Source: Rozella allomycis CSF55
Lineage: Eukaryota
Assembly (NCBI GenBank): GCA_000442015.1
Contig: KE561265.1
Span: 124,001 to 188,000 of the forward strand
Length of the DNA stretch: 64,000 nt
Direction of reading: 5' to 3'
Shown here: positions 22,542 to 38,344 of the stretch, piece by piece
How positions within the stretch are numbered: the first letter of the stretch is position 1
How the letters are laid out: every line of letters starts with the position of its first letter
Translations under genes and position numbers: made by a program
Notes under the pieces: model-generated
What the model was told of the DNA's origin: nothing
Databases searched by the model: none
The model's input: only the letters and a program-made list of their open reading frames with translations

Positions 22542-25500
22542 ATGGCGCAGTTAATGCAACAAAGGAACGGGTTGTTTATATTATCTCTTGGAGTTTTGCT
22601 AATTGCAACTCTTCCACTTTTATTAAAAAATATACACCCTGAAGTGAAAAACAAGTTTTACAATCTAGTTCGTCAGACTGGGCTAGATTCCTTACATCTA
22701 ATATCATACTCTCTAAAAATCTCCTTGACGTTTTCTTTGAACTTTTGGCAGATAATAATATTTACTGTGTTACTTGTATATGGAAGTATCCGTCTAATAA
22801 AATACTTGCAGAGTCGATATTCAAGATTAAAGGAAGTGAAACGTTTGGAACAAAATATAACCTTTGGATTAAGACCACCATCAAAAACTATACTACGTGA
22901 AGATAAGAATAAAGAAGAGGATTTTCTTACGGCCTTTTTTTCGTCCATCAAGGTAGGATCATATTAAATTGTTTAAAAGGTATTTGGTTACTTGGAGAGT
23001 GAAGTATTTCAAGAATTGAATAAGCATATTCAACAGATTACTATTAAAAAGGGTGAAAATGTAGTTGATTCTGCTACTGAAAACAAAGCTTTCTATGCTG
23101 TGATTGAAGGATGCGTTAGGATTTATGCGGATAGGAATCAAAATAATTTTGAAGAGATATTTAACGAAGATTATTATCTTTTGAATGAGGTGAGGGCTGG
23201 TGAAAGCATTACCAGTTTATTTAACATTTTGCATCTGTTAACTGAAAAGCAAATGCCAATGTTTTCTATTGGACCAAGTAGCAATGCGTCTTATGTCAAT
23301 AATAACACACAACATGCTATATCTCCTGGCTTAATTAAAGTATTAATGAGTAACAATTCGCCATTTAAAAGCTTAAATATTGTGGCGAAAGCAAATACTG
23401 ATGTCAAACTACTTGTGATTCCTGAAGAAGCTTTTCTATCACTTTCTGATAAATATCCAACAGCGGCTGCGCATATAATCCAAGTAATAATGGCTAGACT
23501 GCAAAGGGTGACTTTTACTGCTCTGCATAAATATCTTGGCCTTAATCAAGAATTGATAAAGTTGGAAAGATCATTAAAGAACTCTGTTGTTGTTAAGCTC
23601 GATGATTCGTTGCGCGATTGTGCATTGAATGAATTTCAATTGCCGTCTAGCAAGCCTCATCCTGTCTTGTCGTCTTCTCATTTACTGGCATTAAAACATT
23701 CTGTAGAGATGAAACCAAGTACAAGTATTGTTAGCAATAGCTTTATTGAAATCATGTCTACCTCTTCTCAAGAAAGATCATTGGAAATTAAGACGGATAT
23801 CTTTAAAGCGATCATTTCAGCATTGACTGGCAATCACGAGCACCTTTCTCCATTAAATTTAGACCAATCGCCACCCAGCAGAAGGAATTCTTCCACTTCG
23901 TCAACTTCAGGAAAAGAAGGCTTAAGTATTTTTGATAGAAATATAGAAATAATTTACGCGCCAAAAGGATCAATTTTAGTTAAACAGGGTCAAAGAGATG
24001 GCGGACTTTTGTATGTCCTTGAAGGAATTCTTGAGGTGTCAATTGATAATGAAAGTAAATCAATTACTCTTCCAAAAGAAAAATGTTTATTTAAAGTCAA
24101 AAATGGATACTTGGCTGGATTGTTGAGCTCATTAACAGGCCATCCTTCTATTGCTACTATTAAATCTTTAACTGATTCTTACATTTTCAGAGTAAAGAGA
24201 GAATTTTTAGAAAGATATATTGAATCTCATCATGAAATAACCATTAGTTTGGCAAAGAGATTGATACATAATCTGTCACCTCTTGTTCGTCATGTAGATG
24301 TGGCACTTGATTGGCGTAATTTGAGTTCTGGCAAAGTTTTGTATAACCAAGGAGATGAGTCTGATAGCATTTACATCGTATTACATGGGCGATTGAGAGC
24401 AACAAGAGAAAGTAGAAATGGATTTGAAGTTGTTAGTGAATATGGACAGGGGGATTCTTTTGGAGAAATGGAAGTTCTTTCAGGAACAAAGCGTCTTCAT
24501 ACTATTCACGCTATTCGAAATACGGAATTGATAAGAATCCCTAAAACTTTGTTTAATGCTTTGAGTTTGAGATATCCAGAAACAACCATACAAGTTTCAA
24601 AAACCCTGGCATCAAATTCCCGCCAATTGGCAGACAATAATTTCAATGTAAACAAAAATATCAAAACAATTGGAATTTTGCCTGTCAATGATAGAGTCCC
24701 AATAAAAGACTTTGCTGATAATCTTAAATTTTCACTTGATACTATGAGTAATTGCAAACTGATTGACACAACTGCTGTGATTAACGCACTTGGAAGACAT
24801 ATATTTAGTTCAATAGGAAAGCTTAAATTGACAAACTGGCTTATGGAATATGAAGAGTCAAATGATATCATTCTACTTTTAGCTGATGGCGTAAATTCAC
24901 CTTGGACCCAACAATGTATTCTTCAAGTAACGTCTATTTTGAAATATAAAAGGCCGACTGCATCTTGTTAGTTGCTATTGCTAAAGATGATCCAAATGAA
25001 ATTGGAGAGTATGAAGAATTGTTATTAGAGGCTAAAACTACAGCTAGAAAAGAAATGATCTTTTTGCATTCATCAAGAAGCATGAACCCTGGTACTACTC
25101 AAAGCTGGTTACAAAGCAGACTTTGGATTAATCATCATCAACATGTAAATAGATTTAAAATATATTAAAATAGATTTTCATTCCGGGATTAAAGACTCGT
25201 CGAAACTCTCTTTCTTCACCTGTCGACAACATTGGCTTTGAGACTATTTTGAAATCTTACTATGAAGAATTCAAAACTAAAAGAAGAAATTCAGACAGCA
25301 TGAGAAGAGATGAATTTCTTTTAGATTTTTATAGACTTGGGCGTCGTTTGCTTGGAAAGTCAATTGGTCTTGTTCTAGGCGGTGGCGGTGCTAGAGGATT
25401 GAGTCACGTGGGTGTAATTAAAGCTTTTGAAGAATATGGAATTCCAATTGACGTTGTTGGAGGCACAAGTATTGGATCGTTTGTTGGAGCTCTGTACGCA

Positions 25501-26316
25501 AGGGAAACTGATTCAGTGGCTATTTATGGACGAGCAAAGTTCTTTTCTAATAGAATGGCAACCACTTGGAGATTTATTCTTGATTTGACTTATGTAAATG
25601 TTTTAAATTTTCAAAATTAGCCATTCGTTTCTTGGTTCACTGGACATGGGTTTAATAGATCTATTTGGAAAGTATTTTATGATACGCACATAGAAGATCT
25701 TTGGCTGGATTACTTTTGTGTAACGACTGATGTTTCACATTCAAAAATGTGTATTCATCGTTCTGGCTATGTTTGGAGATTTGTTAGAGCGTCAATGTCA
25801 CTCTCTGGGTTTCTTCCGCCTCTTTGTGATCGTGGCTCTATGCTGGTTGACGGCGGTTACGTTAATATATTGCCGGTAGACGTAATGAAGAACACAATGG
25901 GCGCCGATATCATTTTCGCTGTTGACGTAGCAAGCGATCAAGTTCAATTTCCAGCAAATCACGGTAATTTGATTTAATTTATTAAAAAAGGTGATTCTGT
26001 TTCTGGTTGGGGGATCTTGTTGAAAAAATTGATGTTTGCCAAGCCAGGAATACCATCATTGACCGAAATCCAATCGCGACTTGCTTTTGTTTCATCAAAT
26101 ACAAGACTTCAAAAGGCAAAAGAAACGGAAGGATGTTTTTATATGAAACCGCCAGTTGGAAGATTTACAACTCTACAGTTTGGAGCGTACGAAGAAATCG
26201 TTAAAGTTGGTTACGATTACGCAAAAAAGAAACTTGCAGAGTGGGAAGCTAGTGGAGAATTGGAAAAACTTATTTCGATTCAAAACTACAATCGGGCAAG
26301 AAGAAATTCAGTATGA
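22542..26316 (+). CDS. NTE1: Lysophospholipase NTE1 / neuropathy target esterase (cNMP-binding + patatin)
   Basis: cNMP domains; [17 protein letters not shown] (GxSxG), DGGY; C-terminal RRNSV. Confidence 0.95.
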
Positions 26317-26349
26317 ATAAATTACGCAGTTTTCGATCAAAATCTTTAT

Positions 26350-26991
26350 TCAGTAGAGTTTTAAATGACCTGTTATTTCATCTATTTTTGATATGGGTCC
26401 TTTTTTACTTGTATAGTTTCATTACCTGGTCCAATGGCCGCTACTGTTTTAGTGCCAGAAGCTACTTGTGTTCTTCCAGCATCTCTAATGTAATTAGCAA
26501 CTATTCCAGCCTTTCTCGCCTGTTTTACAAGATCAATCATTTCCTCTTCTGTTCCAACTTTCAATGTAACCTTGGGTTGTCCATTATACTCCCAACTTTT
26601 AACAGCACTAGGCGTTAATTTCAATGCATCTTTATAATTAGAAAGAGTTGCATGACAACACTAGTAATACCTAAAAACTCTAAACGTACTTGTGCGGCGG
26701 CTTTACCTTTTTGCATATTCAAGTCTGTTCTGACAAGAAGAACCTGAAAACATTACAACTAAAACTTACCATTTTATAGTTATCATCTACACTTGAACAT
26801 TCGGATCCAGATGACGAAGACGACGAAAAGGATGTCCTTCTCAAACTACCCTTCTAAAAATGCAAACAAAAATAAAATCATACAACAGGCATTGTTATTC
26901 TGCTCTTGCATCTTAATCCTACTAGAAATATAGTAATAGATCCAGCGATAACTGTAGTTTGAAGCCAAAGAGGCACAGTAGCAAGATCCAT
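26350..26991 (-). CDS. PTH2: Peptidyl-tRNA hydrolase 2
   Basis: LVRTDLNMQKGKAAAQ, WEYNGQPKVTLK, IRDAGRTQVASGTKTVAAIGP, ITGHLKLY; N-terminal TM. Confidence 0.92.
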
Positions 26992-27014
26992 CCCTGTAAA
27001 ACCCTTGCAAAAAT

Positions 27015-27548
27015 ATGACTGCCTCTACAAATCAAACTCTCCGTGTTAAAAAATTAAGTGAAAACGCACAAATCCCAAAACGTGGGTCACCACTTGCTGC
27101 TGGATATGATCTCTACAGGTACTGGTTGAAAAATTTTTGTATTGTAGTGCTGTTGATACTGTCATTCCACCAAAAGGAAAAGCTATCGTTCAAACTGATA
27201 TTTCTATTGCTGTACCTGAAGGAACCTATGGTCGTGTTGCTCCAAGATCAGGGTTAGCTGTCAAGGTAAGTGTCAACCTTTAGGTTTATTTAGAATTTTA
27301 TTGACGTCGGTGCTGGAGTTATTGATGCTGATTACAGAGGCGCTGTTGGAGTTGTATTGTTCAACTTTGGTGAAGTCGAATTTCAAGTCAAGAAGGGTGA
27401 CAGAATCGCACAACTCATCCTTGAGAAAATTGAAATGGCTGATATTATGGAAGTTGAAGATTTGGATGCAACTGACAGAGGTGCAGGTGGATTTGGATCT
27501 ACTGGTGTATCCGAGGAACCAAATGAAAAGAGAATTAAACAAGAATAA
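27015..27548 (+). CDS. DUT1: dUTP pyrophosphatase
   Basis: [48 protein letters not shown]; 29- and 28-nt introns. Confidence 0.97.
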
Positions 27549-27607
27549 AACTAATAAAATATCTATTAAACTGCTTAATAAAATACTTATTTAAACTACT
27601 TATTTAT

Positions 27608-29093
<1,486 letters not shown>

Positions 29094-29346
29094 TTATGCC
29101 AGGGTTTGCTAAACTAGAATAGCGGTGTAAATGATGCCATAAAATGAATAGAAATGAGTTGATAATTTAAATTTAAATTATTTGACAAATAATTATGATT
29201 TGCGTGTTAGATGTGATTCTGCTAAGTTCCTGTTCTTGCAACAATTAACTACCAGTTTCAATAAAGACAATAGCACTGCTGCACTTTATGAAATTTAAAA
29301 GCTGTATATCATTGCATTCAGATTTCATTTTGCGAAAATTCCACGC

Positions 29347-32300
29347 ATGGGCCAAGGGGAGGAGCAAACGAATCAACCCAAACCCCAAGTTTCATGGGGA
29401 ATATCACCATTATCCTCTAAAATTTTGCGTAAACCCATAAATTTTAATTTAAACCAGATTTTTCTCGAGCATCTCAGTCGTTTAGTCCCAAGGGAAATTT
29501 TGAGCATCCTTTAGACCACAATGGGATATCACCTTGTAAAAAGAAACTTAAAAAGCAACGATCTTCTGTTTTGTTACAGAAAATTTTGACAAATGAAGCT
29601 GCTCCAAAATCGCCATTGATTAACGGGGATGATTTGGATGACATTGATGACGAGGCGTTCATGTTGTTTCCTGAAGCTGAAGCATCCGAAATTGAAAAAA
29701 ATACCAATCAAAATGTTGAAAAGAGTGATGATGTTGATGAGAATGTGAATTTGAGTGTAGTTTTGGATGACAAGGAGAATATTCCACCTGTTGTTGAATC
29801 TGATAGTGAGAGTTGGAATGATATTGATTGGGATAAAATAGAGCAAGAAGCGAATGATGAAGTGGAATCTGTTGAAGTGAAAATGAATGATGAAACTATT
29901 CAAAAGTACAGAAGACTTTATGTATTGCAAATTTTGGATTCACAGTATTCTTTTGAATATGAAGGGGCGACATTGTGCCGACCTGAAAGAATAGTGAAAT
30001 GCGTTGATGAGAAAGAATTGGTAGAGGTTAATGTCAAGCTTAGAGGAGAGTGGAGCCAAACATTAATATCGATTGGTGATTCATGTAACGTTGTTAATGT
30101 AAAGAATGAAAAATTGTTGACTGTGGAGACTTATGTGATTGATGATGAAAGTGATTTGTTGATTATTGTGTGTCCAGATGTAATAATTTCAGGTACAACG
30201 ATAGCCGATAGTTTCAGTTGTCAAAGAAAAGCATTTTTGAATGAAAAAGTAAAATCGAGTGAAAAAAGCGGCGCTTTAATTTTGGGTGTGATTCTGCATG
30301 AACTTTATGAAATTGTAATGACTAGCCAAATAACCAACATGGCAATCATTAAACAAAAGCTTTATGAAATAATAAAAAATAATTTATTGAATCTGTATGC
30401 GATTGATTATGACGAAGAGAAAGTAATGAAAGAGGCAGAACCAATACTCGCTTCCATTCCTTCATTTTTGAGTAAATTACAACAGCAGGGGTATAAGAGA
30501 ACAAGAGAAACAGAAGAAACAATAAATAGTTATGTTTTAGGCATCAAAGGAAAGATTGATGCAACTGTTGAACTATTTGATTGGCAAGTTGTTCCATTTG
30601 AATTGAAAACTGGCAAGTTTACTTCTCCATCCCACAATGCGCAAACAATGCTTTATGCTTATTTATTAAACGATTATTACGATATAAATGTGAAAAAGAC
30701 TTGGCTGTATTACGCTTCAACTGATTCTTTATGTGATTTAAAACTAGTTAAACGAGAGATGAGAAGTATGATTATTGGAAGAAATGAGCTGGCATTTTTC
30801 TTGAATAAGAATCAGATTCCACCAATGATAAACAATGAACATCAATGCAAAAAATGTTATCAGTTAGATTCTTGTTTAACATTTAACGTTGCATTAGAAA
30901 AAACTACTTTTCCTATTTCTGAAATTTACCAAACAAAAATTGGTCATGCAACACAAAAATCTATTGAATTTTTTCAAAGTTATTTAATAGCAATGGATGA
31001 AGAAGAAAAGTTGTTGCAATTTATTAAAAGAGAAGTATGGACTGAGAGTGTTGAAGAAAGAGAAGCTAGTGGAAAGTAAAATTGTGTCAAATGAATGATT
31101 TAGGTGTTTTATTAATTTACGAATGGATTATTGCATTGAAGATAAAACAAAGATATCTGGATTTGGCAGATTCAAATGCAAGTTTAGGGGAACTAGGAAA
31201 TTTACAGAATCAGTTTTTAACGTTGGGGACCCAATTGTTATTTCAGTCAGTGGAAAGTTTTCAATAGCAATTGGATATGCCACTGTGATTGATAAAGAAT
31301 CGTTTGAATGTTTTGTTGATAGAAATTTAAATAAATATACAAATAATACTTTTAGAATTGATAAAGATGAGTTATCTTCAGGGTGGTCATCTGTTAGAAA
31401 TAATCTTGTTCAATTATTGATGAAAGAAGAAAAGTTGAAAAGATTGATTGCTGATTTAGAGAAACCCATTTTCTCTCTTAATAAAACAATAAATTTTACA
31501 AATATGCATGACGATTTAAATTTAGATCAAAAGGAAGCAATAAAGAGAGTAATTCAAGCGGAAGATTATGTGATGCTTCTAGGTATGCCAGGGACAGGGA
31601 AAAGTACATTGATTGCTCATCTTGTTTCGATTCTAATCAATCAAGGAAAGAGTGTTTTAATAACTGGATACACTCATTCTTCAGTTGATAATATTCTTTT
31701 AAAATTAAAACAATTAAATTTAGACTTTTTAAGACTTGGAAATTCTGAAAAGATTGACCCTGGTCTAATAGATTATGTAGATCCAAACTTTAATTCATTA
31801 GATGAGATTAACAAATTTTATTCAACTAAGAAAATTGTTGCTTGCACGTGTCTAGGAATTTTCCAACATCCAATATTCAAAAAGAGAAAATTTGATGTTT
31901 GCATTGTAGATGAAGCATCGCAAGTTACGCTGCCTGTATGCATTGGGCCTTTGCTGCATTCTAATAAATTTGTTCTTGTGGGAGATCATTATCAACTTTC
32001 TCCATTGACAAGAAGCAGTAAAAACGAACTTTCTAAAAGTTTGTTTAAAAGACTTTGTGAAGCTCACCCAAACAACATTTCTCGTCTTTCTTTTCAATAC
32101 AGAATGAATTCTGACATTTCTTTACTTTCTAATCACTTATTTTATAATTTTCATTTAAAATGTGGGAATGAAAAAATTGCTAATCAATCACTAAAAATAT
32201 ATTCAAATTGTTTCTGTAATTCAAACTGCTTTATTCAACTTGTTTGTCAATCAAATGTTCTATTTCTCAATACAGATACTATAGGCTTGAATTTGGAACA

Positions 32301-32846
32301 AAAGCAAGGTGATTCTATCGTTAATCACTTTGAAGCATCTCTAGTGAATCTAATTTGTAAAAGACTTGTTTATGAAAACATTGACAAAAATAGAATCACT
32401 GTTTTATCACCATTTAGATCCCAATGTAAATTATTTGATTGCGAGGCAAGCACAATTGACAAATACCAGGGTAAAGATAATGACGTCATAATTGCTTCTC
32501 TGGTTAGAAGCAACGATCAATCTCAAGTAAAATGTTTATTCAATATTTATAGACTGGAGATTTGCTTAAATCATGGCAGAGATTAAATGTTCTAGTAACA
32601 AGAGCCAAATTGAAACTCATTCTAATCGGATCAGTTTCAACGCTGTCTTCTTCTGGTCTCTGGAAATCTCTTTTTAATCTTTTAAAGTCTAAAAATTGGA
32701 TTGTCAATCTACCTCATGATTCGCTTTCATTACATTCTTCAGTTCCCTTGACTCAGCCTTCAATCAATTCAACCAAAAACGCGGTCAAAGTTTGCACTAA
32801 AAGATCTCCATTGGTTGAAAATTTTAGAAATGAATTTTCACATTAA
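29347..32846 (+). CDS. DNA2: DNA2 nuclease/helicase
   Basis: SFSCQRKAFL, GIKGKIDATV, PFELKTGK, CKKCYQLDSC Fe-S motif, GMPGTGKST, DEASQV, LVGDHYQL, RLNVLVTRAK. Confidence 0.95.
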
Positions 32847-32991
32847 ATAAATGCAATAAAATAGAAAAAAAATAGATAAGTTGAAATATAAAATTAATTA
32901 AGTTGTTTAATGGCGATTTATTTATTGCTAGACTTGACGCGACAATTAATTGTCATTTTGTTTTACCATTCTACCTGGAAATCGAAATTAT

Positions 32992-35900
32992 TTAAACCCA
33001 TGCGCTCCATCCATGATACATTTTACTCAACAAATTCTCATTCATCGCTTCACCAACCAAACTAAATTCATCCCTAGTTTCTTTCAATTTTCTTGTAATT
33101 GTATTCAACATTTTTGCCTTTTGGTTCTCTTTGCCAACAGTTTGCACCCCTTGTTCCATTTCTTCATTCAAACCGTTTTCAATTTCAACCTTTTCATTCT
33201 CAACCAATAAGCTGAAATTCGAAACGGTGGGACTCTTCAAAAAGATTTGAAAGTTGCTATTTTCCTTGTTGTAGAATTTACAATACGCCCAAACGTATTG
33301 ATAAATTCCAACTTGAACGTTTTGATTTCTATTCATCTGCCACATTACACTGTCATTGTACAATGATACAAATCTTTGAATAAAGTAATGCTCTTCTTTG
33401 GTATTTTTAAATGTTTTCATATACCGAGATTTAAATTTCCCATAAACAGATGGAACACCAAGACATTTAACCAGATTTTTTGAAAGTCTAAATGGAACTG
33501 TTTCTGGAATTTTCAATGTTCTACCCTGGTCAAACGCAATATTGAAATCGACGTGAACAATGTTTGATGTTTTGTTATTCAATAAAATATTATCTAAATG
33601 CCTATCACCAATGCCAAGAAGGTAACAGAAAACAGACGAATCAGCCAATGAAACAGTAAATTCATTCAACCGGGAATAGAGGTCATTAAAATTGGTGCTT
33701 TTCGCTATAATGGAATTCTTTATTAAATCTGATCTTGTTTCCTTTGAGGCCAATTTATAAACTTGAAGAAGAAATTCACATTTAGACTTTTCATCCAATC
33801 TTTTCCATTGATCTTTACTTTGCCTTTTACTCTTTAATACTTTTTCAAAGCATGAATTATAATGGTCACTAAATTTAATGGTTGACTTTCTCGTTATTGA
33901 AAACAAAGAAGTTGCGTCTTCAACCCATTCGATCAAGCCACCATCAGATCCAAATGGAAAAACATCAAATTTATAAAGAAATGAATTAAAAGTTTTAAAG
34001 AAATGAATTATAAATAAATCTTGATGCAAATCATCAGAATTCTTTAATAAAAATGAAGTTTCTTTGCCATGTTCATCAATCATAGTAATTCGCTTTGGTT
34101 TAGTCTTTGTTGGCAAAATATGAAAAGTTTCTTTAAATTTTATAAACTTTTTTCCATTGAATTCTAAATTTTCAAAATTCAGTTTATCAAGAAATGGACA
34201 AGATTGATAGATATTCATTTCATTAACTTTTCCAAACTCACTTTCAAGTTGTTTTCTAACCTAAATTTGTATAATTGACTGTTTTTACTTTTTCCAATTC
34301 GTTCCAACAAGAATTTAATTCATCAATTGAAGTCGCACGTTTTAAGTTACTCAAGCCACATTCAATTTGACTTTTAAAAGGTAGTTTTGAATCAACTTTC
34401 AACTGCGACTCTATTTTAATTATTATGGCCTTGACTAGAATAATAAATTCATTCTTTTTCTTTGAAATTAAAAGATTTATCGAATCTTTGCATTCATTCA
34501 GTAATTTAAGCCACACTTCCCCTGGAAAAGTTTTAATGATTGAAAGAGCTTGCAAGAAGACTTTTAAATCTTGAAATGAAACTTTTGAAGATAAAACACC
34601 CAAAAGTTTATCTAGAAGTATTTTGCAATTTGGATTGACAGAAATTAAATGCTGGTAATTGGAAGCAACAGTAAACGAAATTTGATTAGGGAACAATTCG
34701 ATCATTCTTAATAATTCCCTTTGACAAAAAATAGTTTTCGCTTCATCTTTTGTTTGACAGGCTATCCCTAGAAAGAGTGATATCATATCTTCTAAATCAC
34801 AAACAGACTCTAGTTCAAATTTATCATTCTCTAGATTATCAATTATTCCAATCAAACTTTTTCGCTTTTCATTTTTGTTCTCCGATCTTTCATACATTGA
34901 TGAATATGCCTTAATTAGACTATTTTGTGATCCCTTGTTGTCTTCAAGAAATTCACTCAAAAGACTCCACTCAGAAAAATTTGCATTCGGTTTATCTTGA
35001 ATAATTTTAAAACAATCGATTTCCATCAAATTTTGGTCATTAGATTTACATTTCCGAAATTTACCAAACAGAGTATCTTTTATTTCCCGTTCCATTGTGC
35101 GCAATGATAGCTCACTCTTCTTTTGTTCACACGGAAACTTTATAACATCTTTATTTATTTTCATAATATTATAATGTCTGTCATCCTCATCCATTATTGA
35201 AAAAACAACACCTTGTTTGGCTTCAATCAAGAGATTAGGCTTTTCTGCAATCGATAATTCTATGATATCATTTTCTATTGAATTATTTTGAGATTTTTCA
35301 TAATTCCATTCCCCAAGTTTACTGAGCTCATTAATTTTGTTTGTAATGAACTTTTGTGCCTCGCTTGACATTCTAGATTGTCTAATCAATTCTTCACTCG
35401 GTCTTTCCTTTTTTACTATTAAATTCCCAAATTTGCAAAGACTGGAAAGTCTTTCTTGTTTCTCAAAAACAGATTGATATCCATCTAAAGATTCACAATC
35501 TCCTAAACTGTAAAAATTCTCGACTAATCAAATTTGCAAATTATTGTTACTCGCCAACATCAAAAGCTTTTCAATATCATGAAGAACGACAGGACTTGAT
35601 GTTTCACTGTGTTTATCCATTAGAACGGATATGCAACTATCCAAATGATAATGCATCCCGGTATATTCTTTTAATTTATTGCACACTAATATCATGATTG
35701 GCCGCAACCTTAAAAACCAAGATTCAACCATCTCTCTTTCTTCAACATCCACAATACATTTCTCTAAATAGAAAAAGAAAATCACAAAATTCAATAACTT
35801 TGTTTGATATTTAAATTCTATAAATTTGTTTGTTTCTTCTTCAAGTACTTCCTTGTGCTTCTTTACTGCATTAAACAATGCTTCTAGTGTCTTGTTACAT

Positions 35901-36127
35901 GGTCCTAAATGACTCTTAAATTTATTCAAAGTTAATAAACGACTTGAAGCTGTAAACACATAAAGTTTCGTCTCCCAATTTCCTTTCAACGAGTACTTTG
36001 TACCGAGCACTTTAAAAAGATCCTGACCCAAATCCTTTAAATTTATCAAATAGTCTATGAATTTCTCGACATCCGAATTGCTAATTTTCTATTTAAAACC
36101 AAGGTAATCATTCACCTCAACATCCAT
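32992..36127 (-). CDS. SMG1: SMG1-type PIKK kinase, compact (~1,020 aa, 4 exons)
   Basis: LLKNSDDLHQD, YLLGIGDRHLDNILL, VHVDFNIAFDQGRTLKIPETVPFRL, FATC ending MYHGWSAWV; N-terminal KFKSHLGPCNKTLEAL and SWFLRLR resemble the SMG1 domain. Confidence 0.82.
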
Positions 36128-36190
36128 TTCGTAAATTTTGTAATTAGATTATGAAATATAGAATTGCCTATACAGAACCCCTGACATTGG

Positions 36191-38233
36191 ATGTTTGTAA
36201 ATTGTATATTGAAGAGACCAAACATTGCTAGTTTCTACAAGGCGCAATGGTACCCAATTTTCCATAGAATGCGATTCATGTCGAGTCAATCTGGGTTGAA
36301 CTATAGTGTGGATAAGATTAGAAACGTAGCCATTATAGCGCATGTTGATCATGGGAAAACAACGCTTGTTGATTGTTTGTTGCAGCAAAGTGGATGTTTA
36401 GAAAAATCGAGTCAGAGTAGAGTTATGGACTCGAACCAGTTGGAAAAGGAGAGGGGCATTACAATTCTGTCGAAATGCACATCTATTCATAGGGGAGATT
36501 ATCATATTAATATTGTGGATACGCCTGGACATGCAGACTTTGGTGGTGAAGTTGAAAGAGTGTTATCGTTGGTTGATGGTGTCATTCTTGTTGTTGATGC
36601 GACTGATGGTAAATATGTTTTTGCTTCGTTATAGGTCCAATGACGCAGACGAGGTTTGTGTTGCATAAAGCATTGTTGCAAGGATTGCTACCGATTGTTG
36701 TTCAAAACAAGGTTGATAGAGAGACAGCTAGATGTTCTGAAGTTGATGATTTAATTCTTGATTTGTTTATGAAGCTGAATGCAAATGATGATCAATTGAT
36801 GTATCCAACGTTGTATGCATCGGCAAAGGAGGGATGGGCAGTCAAGGACATTAAGAAGGATGAAAGAAAAGATATGAATCCATTGTATGATACGATAATA
36901 GAGCATATTAAACCACCGATTGTTGATTTGAATGATAAATTTTCGTTTCTGGTGAATAATTTGGAGCATGACACGCATTTGGGGAGACTTCAGACTGGAA
37001 GGATTCAATCTGGGAGTGTTAAAGTCGGAGATGTTGTGAAAGCATTGAAAGAAAATGGAGAGTCAATTTGTCAATCTAAAATATCTAAAATATTTCTTAA
37101 AAGAGGATTGGAAAAGATTTCAATTCCAGCTGCATTTGCTGGCGACATTGTGACGTTGGCGGGGATTCCATTAGCTTCAATAAATAACACAATTTGTAAC
37201 GTTGAGGTTAATCAACCATTGAAAGCAATTCCAATTGACCCTCCAACGCTTTCAATAAAGTTTGTTGTTAATGATTCACCATTGAAGAATAAAGAAGGAA
37301 GAGCGATTCCATTTGATGTTTTAAAAGAAAGATTGATGAAAGAAGCAGAAGTTAACGTTGCTATTAACGTGTAAGATGAATTTAAAGAGATTTTAAAGTG
37401 GAGAAATTGTTGAAGGGAATTCAATTGAAATTCAAGGCAGAGGAGAATTGCAAATGGGAATTTTGATTGAAACGATGAGAAGAGAAGGAATGGAATTCGC
37501 TGTTTGTCCTCCTTCAGTTATGTTGAAAAAAGATGAAAAGAATCCAGGAAAGTTTTTAGAGCCAATTGAAGAAGCAATTTTTATTGTTCCAGCAGAGTAC
37601 ATGGGTTCTTTACTAGATAAGATTTCTAAACGATCAGCAGAAATTATTGAAATGAATGAACTGGACGATAAAATGCAAATTATATCTCACATGCCAACAA
37701 GAGCACTCGTAATCAACTATTCTATTTCTTTCTAGATTGGATTTCTCAGTGAATTTAAAAATGACACAAAAGGAAACGGATCTGTTGAAAGATCTTTTCT
37801 AGAATATCAAAGTTACAAGGGTACCAATCCATCAAATTGTTAACTAGGAACAATCATGTCCAGTAGAGATGGTGTCTGTGTTTCCACTTCTAGCGGTGTT
37901 GTTACAGACTATGGCATGAAAGACATTGAAGAAAGAGGAAGAACTTTTGTTCATCCTGGCGTTCAAATTTATCCAGGAGTCATTCTCTCAGACAACAATG
38001 AAACACACGACATTCTCTACAATCCTTGCAAAGAAGTTCATTTTCAATCAAAGAGCTTCTCCTACGTCTTCAAAGGAACTCCATTACCCCTTGAACAGTT
38101 TCTTGCTTTAATGAAAAATGATGAAATGCTTGAAATCACTCCAAAGTCTCTTCGTTTAAGAAAAAAGACTCTCGATGCAAATGCTAGAAAAATAGAACAG
38201 AAAAGACAAGAACAATTAAATCGCAGTCTTTAA
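36191..38233 (+). CDS. typA: TypA/BipA-like translational GTPase, probably mitochondrial
   Basis: [69 protein letters not shown]; basic N-terminal extension; four short introns. Confidence 0.92.
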
Positions 38234-38344
38234 CATGTATTATATATACAAATAAAATATTTTCTGAAATGAATTACAATAAGTAATTGACGTTTATTTA
38301 CTCTACTTTCTTCACATTCTACCTCCTACGCCAGCCACAATAAA

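Noticed and set aside
29094-29346. ncRNA in the RUVBL2-DNA2 spacer
   Set aside because: No complete C/D or H/ACA box set or rRNA antisense element recognised.
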